From Solirubrobacterales bacterium (GTDB lineage: Bacteria; Bacillota; Clostridia; Clostridiales; Clostridiaceae), in the NCBI GenBank assembly GCA_050261915.1, contig JBLNDT010000006.1:37180-101179 (forward strand): 64,000 nucleotides of DNA, in the 5' to 3' direction. The notes beneath the pieces are model-generated. The model was not told where the DNA came from, did no database searches, and was given only the letters and a program-made list of their open reading frames with translations. Of the stretch, positions 28,895 through 36,609 are shown in pieces. Made by a program: the position numbers and the translations under genes. Numbering within the stretch: the stretch's first letter is position 1; the number at the start of each line of letters is the position of its first letter.

Positions 28895-30982
28895 ATGTCA
28901 ATGAGTGCAGAGCATGCAGCAGAGCTCCTTAATGAACTTGCTGTAGTATGTTGCAGAACAGAAGAAGGAACAATAATAGGACCAGACAATCTTGAAGATC
29001 CGGCAATATTTCCGGATATGGTAGATTCAGGACTATTAAATATTCCAGACAGCTGTTTAAAAATAGGAGAAGTTTTAGGCTCTAAGCTACTTAAGACTAT
29101 CGATTCACTTACTCCATTAACTCCAGATATTCTTGAGGGAGTAAAATCAGAAGGTGCTTCATCAGAGATTAAAGGTGAAGAATTGACTGAAGGAAGTGAA
29201 AAGGCAGTTTTAAAATATAATAAAAAGGCAGGAGATATTATAGCAGTATCAGACCTTGAGAACCCAATGTTCTTTGAACAGCTTGAAGATTCACTTTTAA
29301 TTGAATTAAATGAAAGAGTTTTAAGCAGAGAAAAAGCAGTGGGTAAAAAATTAAAGGTGGATGCACCTGCTATAACTGTAATAACTCCTGAAATGTTAGA
29401 AGGATATGAGGAGGAAGATGAAATGGGAGAAACACCAAAGGCAAACACTAGTTTATCCGGTGGCGTATTAAGAATTAAAATTGCTGAAGGAAAAGGAATT
29501 GACATCGAAGTTCCATTAAATGCATCAGTTTCAGCACCAAAAGTAAAAGCTCAAAATGCTGCTATAGCATCAGAAACAATTGTTGCAGCACCTGTGGCAG
29601 CAGTTAAACTTGAAGAAAAAGTTTTAAGGACACTAACAAGAAAACATTACAAAATAACTGAAGTTAAGTTTGGACCAGAAACTAAAATTGAAGGAACAAC
29701 ACTTTATATCAGGGAAAATGTTTGCAGCGATGCTGTAAAAGCAAGTGATTTAGTAAAAGATATTAAGGTTGAAATAATTACTCCAGACAAATACAACACA
29801 TACAGCGAAACAATAATGGACGTTCAGCCAATAGCTACAAAAGAAGGAGACTCCAAGCTTGGAAGCGGAGTTACAAAGGTTCTTGACGGCGTAATAATTA
29901 TGGTTACAGGAACTGATGAAAACGGAGTTCAGATAGGAGAATTTGGTTCTTCTGAAGGTATTTTAGAAGAAAACATCCAATTTGGAAGACCTGGCGCACC
30001 AGACAAGGGAGAAATATTCATAAAGACTCAGGTTACGATAGCAGCTGGAACAAACATGGAAAGACCAGGTCCATATGCTGCTCACAGAGCAACAGATATT
30101 ATTACCCAGGAAATAAGAGAAGTTATGAAGAAGCTTGATGATTCTTTAGTTGTAAATACAGAAGTATTTGAACAAAAGAGAAGACCTGGAAAGAAAAAAG
30201 TAATAGTTGTTAAGGAAATAATGGGTCAGGGCGCAATGCATGACAATTTAATCCTTCCTGTTGAACCTGTAGGAGTTCTTGGAGGAAAGCCAAACGTTGA
30301 CTTAGGAAACGTTCCTGTTATGCTTTCACCACTTGAAGTTATGGATGGGGGAATTCATGCATTAACCTGTATAGGACCTGCATCAAAGGAATGCTCAAGA
30401 CATTACTGGAGAGAACCTCTTGTAATAGAAGCTATGAATGATCCTGAAATAGATCTTTGTGGAGTTATGTTTGTAGGAAGCCCTCAGATAAACAGCGAAA
30501 AGTTCTATGTATCAGAAAGAATGGGTATGATAGTTGAAGCTCTTGATGTTGACGGAGCAGTTGTTACAACAGAAGGCTTCGGAAACAACCACATAGACTT
30601 TGCTAGCCACATTGAACAAATAGGTATGAGAGGAATCCCATGTGTTGGTATGTCTTTCTGTGCTGTTCAAGGAGCTCTCGTTGTTGGAAATGCATACATG
30701 AAATATATGGTAGACAACAATAAATCAGAAGCAGGAATCGAAAATGAGGTATTATCCTGTAACACACTTTGTCCGGAAGATGCAATTAGAGCAATAGCAA
30801 TGCTAAAATCAGCCATGGCTGAGGAAGAAGTAATAGCTTCTGAAAGAAAGTGGAATCCAAATGTTAAGGAAAACAACCTTGAAGCCATTGAAAAAGGATA
30901 TGGCATAAAGATCGAAAGAGTTGAAAATGAAACAGCAGTTCCAATGAGCCAAAAGAGACTTGAAAAATATTCAACAAAGTAG
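28895..30982 (+). CDS. prdA: D-proline reductase proprotein PrdA (pyruvoyl enzyme precursor)
   Basis: GGIHALT/CIGPASKE self-processing site (Cys492, 30368-30370), which would give an alpha chain of about 203 aa. Homologous to PrdD plus PrdE downstream. RBS GGGAGG. Confidence 0.92.
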   Translation: MSMSAEHAAELLNELAVVCCRTEEGTIIGPDNLEDPAIFPDMVDSGLLNIPDSCLKIGEVLGSKLLKTIDSLTPLTPDILEGVKSEGASSEIKGEELTEGSEKAVLKYNKKAGDIIAVSDLENPMFFEQLEDSLLIELNERVLSREKAVGKKLKVDAPAITVITPEMLEGYEEEDEMGETPKANTSLSGGVLRIKIAEGKGIDIEVPLNASVSAPKVKAQNAAIASETIVAAPVAAVKLEEKVLRTLTRKHYKITEVKFGPETKIEGTTLYIRENVCSDAVKASDLVKDIKVEIITPDKYNTYSETIMDVQPIATKEGDSKLGSGVTKVLDGVIIMVTGTDENGVQIGEFGSSEGILEENIQFGRPGAPDKGEIFIKTQVTIAAGTNMERPGPYAAHRATDIITQEIREVMKKLDDSLVVNTEVFEQKRRPGKKKVIVVKEIMGQGAMHDNLILPVEPVGVLGGKPNVDLGNVPVMLSPLEVMDGGIHALTCIGPASKECSRHYWREPLVIEAMNDPEIDLCGVMFVGSPQINSEKFYVSERMGMIVEALDVDGAVVTTEGFGNNHIDFASHIEQIGMRGIPCVGMSFCAVQGALVVGNAYMKYMVDNNKSEAGIENEVLSCNTLCPEDAIRAIAMLKSAMAEEEVIASERKWNPNVKENNLEAIEKGYGIKIERVENETAVPMSQKRLEKYSTK

Positions 30983-30991
30983 GGGATACTC

Positions 30992-31252
30992 ATGGATTTA
31001 AAATACGGAGACAAAATAATTGAAATGCAGGGTGTTATTGTGGAAGTTCACGATGGATGCGTTGCTATAGACTTAAAAGGAAGACTAGGATATTTTAAAG
31101 TACCGATGAGAATGCTTATAACAGACTATCCGCTTAAGGTTGGACAGGAAATTGGCTTTAAAATGAGCTTTGTGGAAGTCTTAAGTGAAGAGGTTAACGG
31201 AAAATATGTGAGCAATTTAGAGATAAGAAACAGAAAGGAAGGGAAAGTATAA
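30992..31252 (+). CDS. small conserved prd-cluster protein (86 aa, function unknown)
   Basis: ORF wedged between prdA and prdB. Its stop overlaps the prdB ATG (TAATG). Confidence 0.6.
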   Translation: MDLKYGDKIIEMQGVIVEVHDGCVAIDLKGRLGYFKVPMRMLITDYPLKVGQEIGFKMSFVEVLSEEVNGKYVSNLEIRNRKEGKV

Positions 31253-31977
31253 TGGATTTAACAGTTATAAAGGGAATGCAATCAGAAATATTTGTTCCTA
31301 TAACTCCACCACCAGTATGGACACCAGTTACAAAAGAATTAAAAGATATGAAAGTAGCAATTGCTACAGCAGCAGGAGTTCACTTAAAGTCAGATAAGAG
31401 ATTTAACTTTGCAGGGGACTTTACTTTCAGATTAATACCTGGAGATACACCCACAGATGATCTTATGGTATCTCACGGCGGATATGACAATGGTGACGTT
31501 AATAAGGACGTTAACTGCATGTTCCCATTAGACAGATTGAGAGAATTGGCTGCATCAGGCTTTATAAAGGAAGTTGCTCCAACTCATATAGGATTCATGG
31601 GAGGCGGCGGAAACCAGGAAAAATTCAAAAATGAAACTGGTCCAGCTATAGCTAAGATATTAAAAGAAGAAGGGGTAGATGCAGTTGTATTAACTGCTGG
31701 CTGAGGAACCTGCCACCGCTCTGCAGTTTTGGTGCAGAGAGCAATAGAAGAAGCAGGTATACCTACAATATGTATAGCTGCATTACCTCCAGTAGTTAAG
31801 CAGACAGGAACTCCAAGAGCAGTTGCTCCAAGAGTGCCTATGGGAGCAAACGCGGGAGCTCCACATGACGTAGCAATGCAGACTGGTATCTGTAAGGATG
31901 CGTTAGAATATCTTGTAAAAATTGAGACTCCAGGAACAATAGTTCCACTGCCATACGAATACGTAGCAAAAGTATAG
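31252..31977 (+). CDS. prdB: D-proline reductase selenoprotein PrdB, Sec (UGA) at 31702-31704
   Basis: Track ORFs 31252-31704 and 31729-31977 are in the same frame, joined through TGA: ...VLTAG-U-GTCHRSAVLVQRAIEEAGIPT.... About 241 aa, as expected for PrdB. SECIS-like hairpin follows. Confidence 0.9.
31719..31739 (+). promoter_or_regulatory. SECIS-like hairpin downstream of the prdB UGA
   Basis: CTCTGCA-GTTTTGG-TGCAGAG, starting 14 nt after the UGA. Confidence 0.55.
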
Positions 31978-31990
31978 CAATATTCAATAT

Positions 31991-32022
31991 CAGCCCTCTT
32001 TTAATCCACGCAAAGGGGGCTG
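31991..32022 (+). other. strong intercistronic hairpin between prdB and prdD (no T-run)
   Basis: CAGCCCTCTTT-N10-AAAGGGGGCTG, an 11-bp stem including one G-U pair. Followed by GTATTAAAT rather than a U-tract. Confidence 0.5.
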
Positions 32023-32055
32023 GTATTAAATAAATATATGAATTGTGGTGGTTAA

Positions 32056-32817
32056 ATGGGTAATGAAATAGAGATGAGAAAGCTTGTTGTTAAGGCTTTT
32101 CATATCACTGACATTATTTTTGATGAAAAAACATATATAGAAAATGGAGTATTACATCTAAAACGTGGTATTGAGGAGAAGTATCTTAATGAAGAAGATC
32201 TCGTTAAAGATGTAAAAATAAAAGTAATCTATCCTGATTCCCATGACATATTTATTAATTCAATAATGGATTTCTCGCCTGTTGCTGTAAAGGTTTTAGG
32301 CCGATTGGGAGAAGGAATAACCCATGTACTCACAGGAATGCAGGTAATGCTTACAGGGATAGATGAAAACGGAATACAAGTTGCAGAATTTGGCTCATCA
32401 GAGGGTATACTAAGCGAACAGGTAGTATTTGATAAGGCTGGAACTCCTTCAAAAGAGGATATTTTACTCCATGTAGATGTGACTCTTACTGCAGGAGGCG
32501 GGGGCAGCAGACCAGGTCCTACCGCTGCACACAGATTGTGTGACATAATAATTCAGGAAATAAGGGAATACCTTAAGAAGATGAATGGAAGATTCTGTGA
32601 TGAAAAGCATGAATATTTTGACAAAATCAAGCCTGGTAAAAAGAAAGTGGTAATAATAAAACAAGTGGCAGGACAGGGAGCTATGTATGATACACAGGTG
32701 TTAAGCAAAGAACCTGGTGGATTTGTCGGGGGAAGATCCATTATCGATATAGGGAACATGCCAATTGTTTTGAGTCCAAACGAGTATAGGGACGGGGCAA
32801 TACGTGCAATGAACTAG
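32056..32817 (+). CDS. prdD: PrdD (paralogue of the PrdA beta/N-terminal processed chain)
   Basis: Aligns with PrdA residues about 235-491 (GEFGSSEGIL, PGPxAAHR, KPGKKKVVIIK, GQGAM) and ends exactly where PrdA is cleaved. Confidence 0.85.
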   Translation: MGNEIEMRKLVVKAFHITDIIFDEKTYIENGVLHLKRGIEEKYLNEEDLVKDVKIKVIYPDSHDIFINSIMDFSPVAVKVLGRLGEGITHVLTGMQVMLTGIDENGIQVAEFGSSEGILSEQVVFDKAGTPSKEDILLHVDVTLTAGGGGSRPGPTAAHRLCDIIIQEIREYLKKMNGRFCDEKHEYFDKIKPGKKKVVIIKQVAGQGAMYDTQVLSKEPGGFVGGRSIIDIGNMPIVLSPNEYRDGAIRAMN

Positions 32818-32836
32818 GTGAACAGGAGGAACAATT

Positions 32837-33310
32837 ATGGGGATTGGTCCATCTACAAAAGAAACAACCCTTCATCATTTCAGGGACCCACTTCTAGAGG
32901 TGGTAGCCAACGACGATGATGTTGACCTTATGGGAGTTATAGTTGCAGGAACTCCACAGGAAAACGGAGATAAGATTTTCGTGGCTGAAAGGGCAGCAGC
33001 CTGGGTGGAAGCCATGAGAGCGGATGGTGTTATAGTATCTATAGATGGCTGGGGTAACAGTAACATAGACTTTGCAACAGCTATTGAAGAAGTGGGAAGA
33101 AGAAACATACCAGTAGTTGGTATGAGCTTCGTAGGTGTGCAGGCTCAGTTTGTTGTAACAAACAAGTATATGGACACCGTTGTGGACTTTAACAAGTCAA
33201 AAGAAGGAATAGAAACAGAAGTTGTTGGGGAAAACACAGTAGCTACCATTGACGCAAGGAAGGCTTTGGCTTTTCTAAAATTGAAAATGAGGAATAGGGA
33301 GGGGCAATAA
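32837..33310 (+). CDS. prdE: PrdE (paralogue of the PrdA alpha/C-terminal chain)
   Basis: Starts MGIGPSTKE, compare PrdA C492-IGPASKE. Colinear with the PrdA C-terminus (GWGNSNIDFA, IPVVGMSF). Confidence 0.85.
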   Translation: MGIGPSTKETTLHHFRDPLLEVVANDDDVDLMGVIVAGTPQENGDKIFVAERAAAWVEAMRADGVIVSIDGWGNSNIDFATAIEEVGRRNIPVVGMSFVGVQAQFVVTNKYMDTVVDFNKSKEGIETEVVGENTVATIDARKALAFLKLKMRNREGQ

Positions 33311-34318
33311 ATGAAGTCAGTTAAAACAATATTCGCAATTGATTCTCATACTATGGGAGAACCAACTAGAATAGTAGTTGGTGGTGTTCCAAAGATCCCA
33401 GGAAAAACAATGCCAGAAAAAAAGGCATTTCTTGAAGAACATCTTGATTATGTAAGAACAGCAATAATGCTTGAACCAAGGGGACATAATGATATGTTTG
33501 GTTCAATAGTTACACAGCCAACTATGGATGAGGCAGATATAGGAATAATATTCATGGACGGCGGCGGATATCTGAATATGTGCGGTCACGGATCCATAGG
33601 AGCTGCTACAGTAGCTGTTGAAACAGGAATGGTTCCAGTTACAGAGCCTGTAACAGAGCTTACTTTAGAAGCACCGGCAGGTCTTGTTAAGGCAAAGGTT
33701 AAAGTGGAAAATGGTAAGGCAAGGGAAGTATCCATAGTAAACGTTCCTGCATTTCTTTATAAGAGAGATGTAGAGGTGGATGTTCCAGGCATCGGCAAGG
33801 TAACAATGGACATATCCTTTGGAGGAAGCTTTTTTGCAATAGTTAAGAGTGAATCCTTAGGTCTTGACATCTGTGCAGCAAATGCTCAAAAGTTAATTCA
33901 AGTTGGTATGGATATAATTAAAGCTGTTAATGAACAGGTTGAGATCCAGCATCCAACACTACCACATATTAAAACAGTAGACTTGGCAGAAATATATGGA
34001 CCAGCAAAGAGCCCTGATGCAACACTACAAAATGCTGTTGTATTTGGACAGGGACAGCTTGACAGATCTCCTTGCGGAACAGGAACTAGTGCGAAACTTG
34101 CTACTTTATATGCAAAAGGACTGCTTAAAATGAATGAAGATTTTATTTATGAAAGCATTCTTCAGACAAAGTTCAAAGGAAGAGTTATTGGTGAAACTAA
34201 AGTTGGTGACTTTGATGCAATAATTCCAGAAATAAGCGGAAGCGCATTTATAACAGGACATAATCAGTTCTTTATTGATCCTGAAGATCCAGTAAAGCAC
34301 GGATTTATCTTAAAGTAA
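33311..34318 (+). CDS. prdF: proline racemase
   Basis: DSHTMGEPTRIV, catalytic MCGHGSIG and SPCGTGTSA motifs. Confidence 0.92.
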   Translation: MKSVKTIFAIDSHTMGEPTRIVVGGVPKIPGKTMPEKKAFLEEHLDYVRTAIMLEPRGHNDMFGSIVTQPTMDEADIGIIFMDGGGYLNMCGHGSIGAATVAVETGMVPVTEPVTELTLEAPAGLVKAKVKVENGKAREVSIVNVPAFLYKRDVEVDVPGIGKVTMDISFGGSFFAIVKSESLGLDICAANAQKLIQVGMDIIKAVNEQVEIQHPTLPHIKTVDLAEIYGPAKSPDATLQNAVVFGQGQLDRSPCGTGTSAKLATLYAKGLLKMNEDFIYESILQTKFKGRVIGETKVGDFDAIIPEISGSAFITGHNQFFIDPEDPVKHGFILK

Positions 34319-34350
34319 GAAACATTTGATTATTCAAAATTCGCCAAAAA

Positions 34351-34379
34351 TTGACTTTATATAAGATACTTTTTATAGT
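34351..34379 (+). promoter_or_regulatory. sigma-A type promoter for the TSUP permease gene
   Basis: TTGACT (34351-34356), 17-nt spacer, TATAGT (34374-34379). Confidence 0.4.
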
Positions 34380-34438
34380 AAAATATATCTATGATAAAAA
34401 ATTAACTAAAATAAATGTATTAAGAGGGAGGATATTAA

Positions 34439-35314
34439 ATGTTAATAAAAGCAGTATTAGGAGTTATGCTAGCCCTGACAATTTATTTTGCAATTGTATT
34501 TTTCATGGACTACGTGAAGGCATCCAAAGAGGGTAAATTAGAATCTAGTAATTTCTTTGCGCTAGGAGCTGTAGGATTTGTAACAAACTTTTTCGATACT
34601 TTAGGTATAGGAAGTTTTGCACCAACTACAGCGTTGTTAAAGAATTTTAAATTGTCCGCAGATAGAACTATACCTGGAACACTAAATGTTTCATGTACTA
34701 TTCCAGTTGTAGTTGAGGCACTTATATTTATAACAGTTATTAAGGTTGAACCTGTAACACTTGTTGCAATGCTTGCAGCAGCAACAGTAGGTGCATATTT
34801 TGGAGCTGGATTCGTTTCAGGTCTTGATGAGAAAAAGGTTCAAGTTGGAATGGGTACTGCATTACTTGTTGTTGTACTTATAATGCTTGCAGGCCAGCTT
34901 GGATTAATGCCTGTAGGTGGAGCTGAAATAGGTCTTACTGGAGGCAAATTAATAGCAGCAATTATCGGAAACTTAATACTTGGAGCATTGATGACATTAG
35001 GAATTGGATTATATGCACCTTGTATGGCTTTAGTATTTGCACTTGGAATGAGCGCTAAGGTTGCATTCCCTATAATGATGGGCTCCTGTGCATTCTTAAT
35101 GCCAGTTGCAGCAGCTAAGTTTGTTAAAGAAGGAGCTTATGACAGAAAGGCTTCCATGGCAATAACAGTATTTGGTGTTGTTGGTGTACTTATCGCAGCA
35201 TATATCGTTAAAGAACTTCCACTTAGTATATTAAAATGGCTAGTTGATGTAGTTATAGTTTACACAGCTATAATGATGTTCAAATCAGCCAGCAAGAAAA
35301 AAGAAACTGCATAG
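34439..35314 (+). CDS. TSUP (TauE/SafE) family membrane permease
   Basis: 291-aa polytopic protein with Gly-rich helices and an internal two-fold repeat, typical of TauE/SafE as I recognise it. RBS AGGGAGG. Confidence 0.7.
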   Translation: MLIKAVLGVMLALTIYFAIVFFMDYVKASKEGKLESSNFFALGAVGFVTNFFDTLGIGSFAPTTALLKNFKLSADRTIPGTLNVSCTIPVVVEALIFITVIKVEPVTLVAMLAAATVGAYFGAGFVSGLDEKKVQVGMGTALLVVVLIMLAGQLGLMPVGGAEIGLTGGKLIAAIIGNLILGALMTLGIGLYAPCMALVFALGMSAKVAFPIMMGSCAFLMPVAAAKFVKEGAYDRKASMAITVFGVVGVLIAAYIVKELPLSILKWLVDVVIVYTAIMMFKSASKKKETA

Positions 35315-35323
35315 TAAATTTTT

Positions 35324-35357
35324 AAACTAGTGGGTATAAAACCCGCTAGTTTTTTTA
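35324..35357 (+). terminator. intrinsic terminator
   Basis: CTAGTGGGT-ATAAA-ACCCGCTAG hairpin followed by T7. Confidence 0.85.
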
Positions 35358-35470
35358 TTAGGGTGCCCGTAAAAAAGTTTCGTTTGCAGATGCCCTTTAT
35401 GAATGAATTGTTTCACCACAATTATTAATCATTCATATTATGGAATATAGCAATTGGAAGAGGTAAAAAA

Positions 35471-36538
35471 TTGTTGTACGCCTTGATTCTTGCAGGAGGA
35501 AGAGGAACAAGACTATATCCCTTGTCTAGAAGCAATAATCCCAAGCAGTTCCTTAAAGTTCTTGAAAACAAAAGCTTTTTAAGGGCAACTGTGGACAGGA
35601 TTAAACCCATGGTAAGGGAAAGTAATATTTATGTAGTAACAAATGAAGACTATATAGACAAGGTTTATGAAGAATTGCCAGAAATTAGTGAAGAAAATAT
35701 ATTTATAGAACCTGAAAATAGGGAAACGGCAACATGTATAGGACTGTCCGCAGTAAAGCTTTTAAAAAAAGATAACGACGCTTCTATGATAATACTTCCA
35801 TCGGATCATTATATTCAAAATGACAATATATTTATTGAAACTCTTAAACAGGGCTGTGAAGCTGCTGAAAAACGAAGGGGCTTGATTGCTTTAGGTATAA
35901 CTCCTACAAGGCCTGAAACTGGCTATGGATATGTGGAGATGGGCGAAAGGATTAATGGGAATATTGCAGCCTATAAAGTTGAACGGTTTCTTGAAAAACC
36001 AAATGTTGAGGTTGCTAAAGATCTTCTAATAAAAGGCACATATCTTTGGAACAGCGGAATGTTCATATGGAGAGCAGATGTTTTCTTAAGAGAAATGCAG
36101 AAATACCTGCCTAAAATGTATAAAAGTATGATGGAAATATATCAAAGCCTTAATACTCAGGATGAGGTTAAAACTATAGTTGATCAATATAAATTAATAG
36201 ATGGCATATCTGTTGATTTTGGCATTATGCAAAAAACAAGAAAAGCATATATAATAAAATGTGAATTTACCTGGGATGATATTGGAACCTTTGCTTCCCT
36301 GGCAAGATTTTTAAGCAAATCAAGCAGTAATGAAATATCAGGGAACACAATGCTGGAACAATGTAAAAGCTGCAGGGTGTTTGCAAAGGATAAGCTGATT
36401 ATAGGCTTTGGAGTTCAAGATCTTGTTATAGTTGATTCTGGTGATGTTCTACTTGTTATGGATAAAAATAGAGATCAAGAAATAAAACACCTTGTTAATA
36501 AATTACGAGACTCTGGAAATTTGAAAAACTTTTTATAG
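35471..36538 (+). CDS. mannose-1-phosphate guanylyltransferase-like nucleotidyltransferase
   Basis: ALILAGGRGTRLYPLSR nucleotidyltransferase signature, about 355 aa, no C-terminal cupin/isomerase domain. TTG start. Confidence 0.8.
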   Translation: MLYALILAGGRGTRLYPLSRSNNPKQFLKVLENKSFLRATVDRIKPMVRESNIYVVTNEDYIDKVYEELPEISEENIFIEPENRETATCIGLSAVKLLKKDNDASMIILPSDHYIQNDNIFIETLKQGCEAAEKRRGLIALGITPTRPETGYGYVEMGERINGNIAAYKVERFLEKPNVEVAKDLLIKGTYLWNSGMFIWRADVFLREMQKYLPKMYKSMMEIYQSLNTQDEVKTIVDQYKLIDGISVDFGIMQKTRKAYIIKCEFTWDDIGTFASLARFLSKSSSNEISGNTMLEQCKSCRVFAKDKLIIGFGVQDLVIVDSGDVLLVMDKNRDQEIKHLVNKLRDSGNLKNFL

Positions 36539-36540
36539 AA

Positions 36541-36570
36541 AAGGCTTTGCAGTAATGCAAAGCCTTTAAA
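36541..36570 (+). terminator. hairpin after the manC-like gene
   Basis: AAGGCTTTGCA-GTAA-TGCAAAGCCTT hairpin. The T-run is weak. Confidence 0.5.
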
Positions 36571-36609
36571 TTATGTTAAAATATAATAAGGAAATGGTGG
36601 TGGTGATTT

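Noticed and set aside
28373-29505. Long Ser-rich minus-strand ORFs (28373-28834, 28891-29505) opposite mini-prdA and prdA
   Set aside because: They are antisense shadows of highly expressed-looking + strand genes, with low-complexity composition and no RBS. Their similarity to each other merely reflects the + strand duplication.
31704-31729. prdB as a pseudogene split by a stop codon
   Set aside because: The stop is the known Sec-encoding UGA. The frame is continuous and a SECIS-like hairpin follows.
34351-34536. 61-aa + strand ORF overlapping the TSUP gene start
   Set aside because: It begins inside the predicted promoter, lacks an RBS and overlaps the better-supported TSUP ORF in another frame.
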